From an uncultured Candidatus Bathyarchaeia archaeon (GTDB lineage: Archaea > Thermoproteota > Bathyarchaeia > Bathyarchaeales > Bathycorpusculaceae): a DNA stretch of 12,458 nucleotides. Positions 1-6,654 of the stretch are shown one piece after another. The stretch spans positions 1 through 12,458 of the forward strand of contig CAYVGZ010000045.1 of the NCBI GenBank assembly GCA_964450845.1, written 5' to 3'. A program made the translations under genes and the position numbers. The notes below the pieces were generated by a model that saw only the letters and a program-made list of their open reading frames with translations, did not search any database and was not told the origin of the DNA. Each line of letters begins with the position of its first letter. The first letter of the stretch is position 1.

Positions 1-819
1 ATAAGCCTTCATCAAATTAACCCTAATCAAAAACTCATTCGCAGAATAAATCCCACCGAGGTTTTCTCCCGGCACATTCATAAACTGAGGCAACCCAGCA
101 CCAGTGCCAATAAAAACCGCATCAAAACCCCGCTCCTTAAGCAACTCGGGAATAGTATAAGTTCTACCAACCAGATAGCCCAACTTAAGCTCAGCACCCA
201 ACTTCTTAATATAGTCCACTTCCGCCTGCACAATACTCTTTGGCAAACGAAACTCTGGAATCCCATAAACCAAAACGCCACCAGGCAAATGCAAAGCCTC
301 AAAAACCACAACCTCATGCCCAAGCTTAGCCAAGTCAGCCGCAGCAGTAAGACCCGCTGGACCAGCGCCTATTATTGCCACCTTTTTACCAGTAGAATAA
401 GCCTTATCAGGAATTGCAATGCTTCTTTCTCTTTCCAAATCAGCCACAAACCTTTCCAATCGGCCAATGCTTACTGGGTCGCCAACTTTTCCAAGAACAC
501 AGAATTTTTGGCACTGCTCTTCCTGTGGGCAAACGCGACCACAAATTGCTGGCAGACTATTTTTCTCCTTAACCTTCTTCACAGCCTCATCAAACTTTCC
601 CTCTCTAATCAATTTAATAAAAGCTGTTATGTCAACTTCCACAGGACAACCTTGCACACACTGGGGTTTTGGGCATTGTAAACAGCGGTTTGCTTCAGCT
701 ATAGCTTGTTCTTTAGTATAACCCAAAGCAACCTCGCTAAAGTTTTGCTTACGAACCTTTGGTTCCTGTTTGGGCATTGGCACAGCTTCTTTCTGAACCT
801 TAGGCTTACTTTCCGCCAC
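1..819 (-). CDS. nfnB: NfnB/SudA-type large subunit of NADH-dependent reduced ferredoxin:NADP+ oxidoreductase (GltD-like flavoprotein); partial, runs off the left edge
   Basis: Not in the ORF track; translated manually. GTG at 819 with GGAGG 8 nt upstream gives MAESKPKVQKEAVPMPKQEPKVRKQNFSEVALGY..., CLQCPKPQCVQGCP, CGRVCPQEEQCQKFC, IGRLERFVAD, the FAD motif KVAIIGAGPAGL, YGIPEFRLP, FIGTGAG and GIYSANEFLIRVNLMKAY. The frame is open to base 1 and overlaps the nfnA stop by 14 nt. Confidence 0.9.
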   Translation of the reverse strand, partial: MAESKPKVQKEAVPMPKQEPKVRKQNFSEVALGYTKEQAIAEANRCLQCPKPQCVQGCPVEVDITAFIKLIREGKFDEAVKKVKEKNSLPAICGRVCPQEEQCQKFCVLGKVGDPVSIGRLERFVADLERERSIAIPDKAYSTGKKVAIIGAGPAGLTAAADLAKLGHEVVVFEALHLPGGVLVYGIPEFRLPKSIVQAEVDYIKKLGAELKLGYLVGRTYTIPELLKERGFDAVFIGTGAGLPQFMNVPGENLGGIYSANEFLIRVNLMKAY

Positions 820-1645
820 TGCCACAGCCTCCAAGCTTTTCCCACAAAAGTGAGCTTAACCTCTCTTCTGGAAGAAACAGTCTTTGCCTTTTTATCAACT
901 CGTCAAAATCCACGCTGTGACCATCAAATTCTGGCCCATCCACACACCCGAATTTCATTTTTCCACCAACTGTGACTCTGCAAACTCCACACATTCCCAT
1001 TCCATCAACCATTATAGGAGTCAAAGTCACAACTGTGGCAACGCCAAATGGCTTTGTGATTTCAGAAACACTTTTCATCATAACAACCGGTCCCATAGCG
1101 ATGCAACGGTCAAACTTTTCTTTTCCAAGAATTTCCTTTAGAAATCCAAGTCCTTTATAACCCTTGGAACCGTCATCTGTTGCCACATAGACTTTTTCAC
1201 TCAAAGCCTTCATTTCTTCCTCGAAAAAAAGCAGATCCTTAATCCGTGCTCCAATAACAGTTGTGACAGTATTTCCAGCTTCCCGTAAAGCTTGAACTTG
1301 CAAAAGCATCGGCGCAATCATTACACCGCCAGCAACGCACAAAACTTTTCCGAATTTTTTGATTTCTGATGGATTCCCAAGAGGTCCAGTAATGTTCTCT
1401 ATGTATTCGCCTTCTTTTAGAAGTCCAAGCTGTTTTGTCGTTTTGCCGACCTCATTGAATGCGAATGTTATTGTTCCCCTCTTCTTGTCGTAGCCAGCTA
1501 TCGTCAACGGTATGCGTTCGCCTTTTACGCCTATTATTAGTATTATGAATTGGCCTGGTTTGATTTTTTCAGCTATTTCTGGAGCGTAAACCTCAAATAA
1601 TCTGATTTTTGGAGCTAACTCTCTGTTAGTTATGATTTTAAACAT
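806..1645 (-). CDS. nfnA: NfnA/SudB small subunit (FNR/PyrK-like FAD/NAD-binding protein with [2Fe-2S])
   Basis: 279 aa with KPGQFIIL, GERIPLTIA, GPLGNP, VAGGV, TDDGSKG and the C-terminal [2Fe-2S] motif MVDGMGMCGVCRV...CVDGPEF. Lies directly upstream of nfnB. Confidence 0.92.
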   Translation of the reverse strand: MFKIITNRELAPKIRLFEVYAPEIAEKIKPGQFIILIIGVKGERIPLTIAGYDKKRGTITFAFNEVGKTTKQLGLLKEGEYIENITGPLGNPSEIKKFGKVLCVAGGVMIAPMLLQVQALREAGNTVTTVIGARIKDLLFFEEEMKALSEKVYVATDDGSKGYKGLGFLKEILGKEKFDRCIAMGPVVMMKSVSEITKPFGVATVVTLTPIMVDGMGMCGVCRVTVGGKMKFGCVDGPEFDGHSVDFDELIKRQRLFLPEERLSSLLWEKLGGCGSGGK

Positions 1646-2858
1646 GTGATTTAGCCTCCGCCGTTGCCATTTTTGAGGGTGGCATGGAAGTTATCTTTTT
1701 GAAAAACTCGTCCAGTTTCTGGTTGAGCTCCCCAACACATCGAGGTGAGGCTGTGAAAAGTTCGAAACGGTCAATTAGGTTCATTTTCTTTAAAGTGTTT
1801 CGTAGTACACTCATGTTTCTTTCTGAGGTTTCCCTGCCTTCTTGGAGTTTACAGTCTTCTTCTGAACATACGACAGCCATCACGCCGTCAAAGCCGCTAT
1901 GTAACGCCTTAACAACATGAGCTGGGTCAAGCGCTTTGAAGCATGGAATTTCTATGATGATCGCTTTTTTCTTTTGTAGTAGGCTTTCAGGGTCGTCCAA
2001 TGCTGAAAACTCTGACCATTGACAACAAAAGACTAGAATAACTGGGAACTTTCCTTCTGCTTTTAGCTTTGCGGCTGATTCTCCGTAACGTTTTAAAACA
2101 TCGTCAAATGCAAAACCCTTAATCTGAATTGCCAAATGCGGACAAACCAAGGCACACGCTCCACAGCCAACACACAAGTCATAGTTTATCTTTGGTGTTG
2201 CAAACTCCTCCGCCTCTATGGCTTCGTATGGGCAAATAAAGACGCATTTGTCACAGCCTACGCACTTTTCTGTTTCATAAACCACTTTCCGCGAATACTT
2301 TATCACTTTTAAGGCGTCTCTACTGAAACCTAATTGCTCAAGCAATTCCTTGCCAAGCATCATTCTTCTAGCGTTTATCTTTGTGCCTTCCTTGAACCTG
2401 CAAAATCCGTCTTCACATTGGATGGAAATAACATTTTTTACGCCAGATTTCAAAGCCTGAAAGATGAACTCTGTTGGGATTCGTCCAGAACATGGTAAAC
2501 GTAACGGAATGTAATTGCTTATGTTTAAGCCTTGATCTTGCAAGATTTCCTCAATTTCACAAGTTGCAGGCGAGTTTCCTCTACACATGAGAACAAGCGT
2601 GTTGCTTTTACATTTGTCCCGCATGTAGTTAACATGCTTCAGCAAACTGTCATAATCATAATAGACTATTTCTATAGCTTGGGATGGACATGCACTATAG
2701 CATATTCCGCAAACTTGGCATTTTTGCAAATCCATCTCTACTTTGCCTGTCTCTGAATAGCGTTTTATGGCTTCGTAAGGACAGGTAGAGTAGCAGATTG
2801 AGCATTTGCTACAATAGTCTTGGTTAATGTTTATTGCGGCGACACACGCTTTACTCAT
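1638..2858 (-). CDS. Tandem (2x[4Fe-4S] ferredoxin + MvhD/FlpD-like) x2 iron-sulfur protein
   Basis: 406 aa with four CxxCxxCxxxCP motifs (C16-26, C47-57, C199-209, C229-239) and two MvhD-like domains: LMC92..PC123SGR..C148EDGFC153 and FC278C279QWS..IPC306..DGVMAVVC331SEEDC336. GGAG upstream; 8-nt overlap with nfnA (ATGTTTAA). Confidence 0.85.
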   Translation of the reverse strand: MSKACVAAININQDYCSKCSICYSTCPYEAIKRYSETGKVEMDLQKCQVCGICYSACPSQAIEIVYYDYDSLLKHVNYMRDKCKSNTLVLMCRGNSPATCEIEEILQDQGLNISNYIPLRLPCSGRIPTEFIFQALKSGVKNVISIQCEDGFCRFKEGTKINARRMMLGKELLEQLGFSRDALKVIKYSRKVVYETEKCVGCDKCVFICPYEAIEAEEFATPKINYDLCVGCGACALVCPHLAIQIKGFAFDDVLKRYGESAAKLKAEGKFPVILVFCCQWSEFSALDDPESLLQKKKAIIIEIPCFKALDPAHVVKALHSGFDGVMAVVCSEEDCKLQEGRETSERNMSVLRNTLKKMNLIDRFELFTASPRCVGELNQKLDEFFKKITSMPPSKMATAEAKSHV

Positions 2859-2994
2859 TTTACATGTTTCTCCAATGTTTTAGCGTTGTCTACTTCACAG
2901 CGTAACTGTTTTATTTACGTTTAGAAGTATTTGAAGACAATTCAGAATAATATAATGGTTTTGGAGTGTTTTATGTTGTTTGCAATAATGCTTC

Positions 2995-3930
2995 CTATTG
3001 TTTGTAGTAATATGGTCTTCGAATGTAACCGTAGGCTTCTAGAGCTGTAGTTATGCCCTGTCCCACTGCGGTTCCAATCTGTTTAACTGGATGGTTTGTA
3101 ACGTCTCCAGCTGCGTAAACCCCTACTATGTTTGTCCGCTGTCGAATGTCAATCATTACATATCCATCCTTGTCAACATTAACCCCTGCCTCTTTGGCTA
3201 TTTGACTGTTAGGTGTTTCTCCAACTTGAACAAAAACGCCGTCAACAAGCAGTCCTTTGGTTTCTCCAGTGTTCCTATTGAAAATTGTTACTTCATTTAC
3301 TAGTTTTTCACCTTTAACTTCTTTCACCTCAGTGTTCCACAAAATTTCTACGTTCGCTTTTTCCGTTAATGCCTTAACAAGGGCTTCTTCGGCACGAAAC
3401 GTACCTCTACGATGCGCAAGTTTTACTTCCGATGCAAGCCCTGCAATGTATAGAGCGGTAATCAGTGCTGAGTTGCCGCCGCCGACAACAAGTACACGTT
3501 TACCTTTAAACAAGGGACCATCACAGATGCCACAATAGCTTACCCCTCTTCCAAGGAACTCTTTTTCGCCTGGAACGCCAATTCCACGATAACGGGAACC
3601 AGAAGCAATAATGACCGCCTTTGCCTCATAGGAGGCTTTACCTGTTCTCACGATTTTCTTCTCATCCCTAAGGTCAAGGTTTAGAACTTTTTCAAATTCA
3701 CGGATGAGCACGCCTGTGCTTCTACACTGCGCCACCATTTTCTGCATTAGTTCGAACCCGCTTATATTCTGAAAACCTGGGTAATTCTCAACTAATGGTG
3801 CGTCTGCGGTTGTGCCCCCAGCAATTTTTTCGTCTAAAACAATGGTTTTTAGTCCGCTTCTTGCAGCATAAATTCCGGCAGCTAAACCGGCAGAACCCGC
3901 GCCAATGATTATTAAGTCCCAACTTTCCAT
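2995..3930 (-). CDS. trxB: Thioredoxin-disulfide reductase (NADPH-type)
   Basis: Start reassigned to ATG 3930 (MESWDLIIIGAGSAG; GAGG upstream), giving 311 aa. Motifs: GRGVSYCGICDG (CxxC), GGGNSA, HRRGTFR, GVYAAGDVT. Confidence 0.92.
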   Translation of the reverse strand: MESWDLIIIGAGSAGLAAGIYAARSGLKTIVLDEKIAGGTTADAPLVENYPGFQNISGFELMQKMVAQCRSTGVLIREFEKVLNLDLRDEKKIVRTGKASYEAKAVIIASGSRYRGIGVPGEKEFLGRGVSYCGICDGPLFKGKRVLVVGGGNSALITALYIAGLASEVKLAHRRGTFRAEEALVKALTEKANVEILWNTEVKEVKGEKLVNEVTIFNRNTGETKGLLVDGVFVQVGETPNSQIAKEAGVNVDKDGYVMIDIRQRTNIVGVYAAGDVTNHPVKQIGTAVGQGITTALEAYGYIRRPYYYKQ

Positions 3931-3994
3931 GCAAACACGCCTCAGACGATTTGTTCTTGTGAAAAGGTGTTTATCAATTATTCGCAATCTAAGC

Positions 3995-4010
3995 GGCAAA
4001 TGTTTAATTC
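3995..4010 (+). promoter_or_regulatory. BRE/TATA candidate of the MFS gene
   Basis: GGCAAAtgTTTAATT, about 38 nt upstream of ATG 4048. Confidence 0.35.
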
Positions 4011-4047
4011 TCATCGATGCAAATTAGAGACAGGCGGTGCTTGCTCA

Positions 4048-5433
4048 ATGAATGACGCATCAAAACAAAAACCAGAAACTGCGAGAACTCGTTTGACTGG
4101 CATGGTAGGCTTCACTGTTATTTGGATTGGTCAAATGTTTTCGCTTCTAGGGACATCCATGACAGCGTTCGCCATTACTATTTGGGCTTGGGAAGTTACG
4201 CAGGAGGTAACAGCTCTGACGTTGATTGGTGTTTTCAGCTTTGCACCGCTTATTCTGATGAGCCCGATTGCAGGAGCATTAGTGGATCGTTATAACAGAA
4301 AGAAAATCATGATGATTGCTGATTTTGCAGCAGGCTTGCCAACAGTAGCTATTTTATTGCTCTACGTAACCGGCAACCTACAAGTCTGGCATCTATTCAT
4401 AACAGGGGCAATTGCAGGCACATTTCAAGCTTTTCACTTTCCAGCATATTCAGCCGCTGTTACAATGATGGTCAAAAAAGAACAGTATGGTCGTGCCAGC
4501 GGCATGCTCTCAATAACACAGTTTGCCTCAACCATTTTTGCACCTATTGTTGCAGCCCTCATACTTACCATAGTCGGACTTGAGGCGGTACTAATCATTG
4601 ACATAATTACCTTTACGACAGCAGTTCTTATGTTGCCTCTCATACATATTCCGCAACCTCCAATTAGCGAAGCTGGACGCAGAGGAATGGGCAGCATTTG
4701 GAAACAATCCGTTTACGGATTTCACTACATCTATGAACGACCAAGCCTGCTTGGCATACAACTAGTTTTCTTCTGCATAAACCTGTTCGGCAGTTTCGGT
4801 AACACTGTAGTGACGCCGATGATTCTTGCACGCACAGGAGATGACAGCATAATCTTGGGAAGTATCATGTCCGCTGGTAGCGTTGGTGGATTAGTCGGCA
4901 GTGGAGTATTGACGCTTTGGGGTGGTCCAAAGCGTAAGGTGCATGGCATATTGATAGGAATGGTGTTGATCAGCCTTTTTGGTGGTTTGTTTATTGGACT
5001 TGGTAGAGCGCCCTATGTTTGGGCTCTAGGTCTTTTCCTTTCGATGTTTTTCCTACCCATAGTAAACGGTTCCAATCAAGCTATTTGGCAGGCCAAAGTG
5101 GCTCCAGATGTGCAAGGGCGCGTTTTTGCCACACGACTATTGATTGCGCAAACATCTGTGCCCATTGCTATGTTGTTGGCTGGTCCTTTAGCCGATCGAG
5201 TTTTTGAGCCAGGTATGATGGCAGAAGGCAATCTACAATCACTTTTCGGCGGGTTAGTTGGAAGTGGTCGCGGAGCTGGTATGGCGCTTATGCTTTTGAT
5301 TGCTGGATTTTTAGGCATTCTTGTCGGTTTTGGAGCGTATGCCTTTCGTGCAGTGCGAAATGCAGAAGACATCCTACCCGATCACGACGCAAAACCCTGC
5401 CCAACAGAAAATGAAAATCAGCCTATTACATAA
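4048..5433 (+). CDS. MFS transporter, DHA3/MefA-like efflux type
   Basis: Start reassigned to ATG 4048 (GGCGGTG upstream), giving 461 aa. About 12 hydrophobic helices; IWIGQMFSLLG; motif A GALVDRYNRKKIM; QAKVAPDVQGRVFA. Confidence 0.85.
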   Translation: MNDASKQKPETARTRLTGMVGFTVIWIGQMFSLLGTSMTAFAITIWAWEVTQEVTALTLIGVFSFAPLILMSPIAGALVDRYNRKKIMMIADFAAGLPTVAILLLYVTGNLQVWHLFITGAIAGTFQAFHFPAYSAAVTMMVKKEQYGRASGMLSITQFASTIFAPIVAALILTIVGLEAVLIIDIITFTTAVLMLPLIHIPQPPISEAGRRGMGSIWKQSVYGFHYIYERPSLLGIQLVFFCINLFGSFGNTVVTPMILARTGDDSIILGSIMSAGSVGGLVGSGVLTLWGGPKRKVHGILIGMVLISLFGGLFIGLGRAPYVWALGLFLSMFFLPIVNGSNQAIWQAKVAPDVQGRVFATRLLIAQTSVPIAMLLAGPLADRVFEPGMMAEGNLQSLFGGLVGSGRGAGMALMLLIAGFLGILVGFGAYAFRAVRNAEDILPDHDAKPCPTENENQPIT

Positions 5434-5445
5434 CATAATAGTATA

Positions 5446-6555
5446 TTACAGGGCCTGTGCAACCAGCTCTGCTATATCCATTATTTGGATTTTGCCTTCA
5501 TTGCCAGTAGTTTTCACAGCGTCTTCTATAGTTAGCAAACAGAATGGACATGCAACAGCTAAAACGTCTGCACCAGCGGCTACAGCATCCTTAACGCGTA
5601 TTTCTGCAAGTCGTGGACCTGAAATGTCAACCCACATTCGTCCGCCACCACCTTCGCAGCAGAGGCTTCTCGCCCTTGAACGGTCAAACTCTAATAGCGT
5701 CACGCCTGGAATGTTTTTAATAACCTTTCTAGGCTCTTCGTAGATGCCGTTTTGTTTACCCAAGAAGCATGGATCATGATAAATAACCTTCTTGTTCACT
5801 TCTTTTGAGAGAGTAAGTTTTTTGTCTTCGATGAGTTTTGCAAGTAGTTGCGTGTGATGTTGCACCTCGAAACTAGTTTGGTTGTATCGGTTTTTGAACG
5901 CGTGAAAGCTATGTGGACAGTTTGTAACTACTTGTTTTATGTTGTATTTGTTGAAAATTTTCATGTTTTCTTCAACTAGAAACTCGAATAAGCCTTTTTC
6001 ACCCATGCCGTAAACTTCGCTTCCACAGCAACTCTCCTCATCGCCCAAAACGCCAAAGTTTACTTCAGCCTTTCCAAAACATGTGGCAAGGCTTTTAGCT
6101 ACGTTTTGAACCCTTGGGTCGTAGGCTGATGTGCAACCGACATAATAGAGAATTTCTGCACCTTGCGAAATGTGCTTAAGATTTAGGCCTTGACTCCACT
6201 CAGAACGTTTGCTGCGGATTCTCGCCCATGGGTTACCATTTTTGAATATGCTCTCTAACGCGTCTCTGATGGTTGGAGCTATTTGTCCTTGTTCAACGGC
6301 CATGCTGCGGATGTCAATCAAAAATTCGTATGGATGCATGTCTTTGGGACAGCGAATAGCACATGCGGAGCAATTCGTGCAACTCCATAACTCGTTCTGT
6401 GGATGTATAGTTAACTGGCCCAAAACAGAAACCTCGCGCATGTACTTTCTAACGTTTAGGCCAGCTTTTCTTGCAACTGGACAGCTTCCAGTGCACATTC
6501 CACATTGAATACATTCGAGAAGCTTATGCTTTTGGACAAGCTCCTGAACATTCAT
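5446..6555 (-). CDS. HdrD-like (Fe-S)-binding protein: HdrC-like 2x[4Fe-4S] domain plus two CCG domains (GlpC/HdrD family)
   Basis: 369 aa with CIQCGMCTGSCP and WSCTNCSACAIRCP, GNPW, C141-x34-CC-x35-CxxS and HDPC263-x35-CC-x35-CPFC339. Confidence 0.85.
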   Translation of the reverse strand: MNVQELVQKHKLLECIQCGMCTGSCPVARKAGLNVRKYMREVSVLGQLTIHPQNELWSCTNCSACAIRCPKDMHPYEFLIDIRSMAVEQGQIAPTIRDALESIFKNGNPWARIRSKRSEWSQGLNLKHISQGAEILYYVGCTSAYDPRVQNVAKSLATCFGKAEVNFGVLGDEESCCGSEVYGMGEKGLFEFLVEENMKIFNKYNIKQVVTNCPHSFHAFKNRYNQTSFEVQHHTQLLAKLIEDKKLTLSKEVNKKVIYHDPCFLGKQNGIYEEPRKVIKNIPGVTLLEFDRSRARSLCCEGGGGRMWVDISGPRLAEIRVKDAVAAGADVLAVACPFCLLTIEDAVKTTGNEGKIQIMDIAELVAQAL

Positions 6556-6585
6556 TTTCTACATCACTTTTTACTGAAATGAAGG

Positions 6586-6603
6586 AGTAAGATTTTTAAT
6601 AAG
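6586..6603. promoter_or_regulatory. Candidate shared TATA element of the divergent hdrD-like/hdrA promoters
   Basis: AAGATTTTTAATAAG reads TTTAATAA on the + strand and TTATTAAA on the - strand, inside a 99-bp divergent gap. Confidence 0.4.
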
Positions 6604-6654
6604 TGTTTTCCCTTGTATGAATCAAAACATATCATGAAAAATGGAGATTGCCCG

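Noticed and set aside
1-819. Glutamate synthase annotation for the left-edge gene
   Set aside because: It is GltD-like, but it overlaps an nfnA/sudB gene and no GltB domains are nearby, so NfnB/SudA fits better.
78-1160. Short ORFs at 78-323, 289-681, 419-721, 706-975, 884-1141 and 972-1160
   Set aside because: All are antisense or alternative-frame overlaps of nfnB/nfnA with no recognisable motifs.
3931-4047. Longest-ORF starts for trxB (4014) and MFS (3967)
   Set aside because: They would make the divergent genes overlap and remove their promoter. The internal ATGs have SD-like sites and match domain starts. The same reasoning applies to hdrA 6613 versus 6655 and GH3 9197 versus 9221.
4048-5433. 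MFS gene as a horizontally acquired insertion splitting the redox cluster
   Set aside because: Plausible, but no flanking repeats, mobility genes or clear compositional break are visible; testing it needs a phylogeny.
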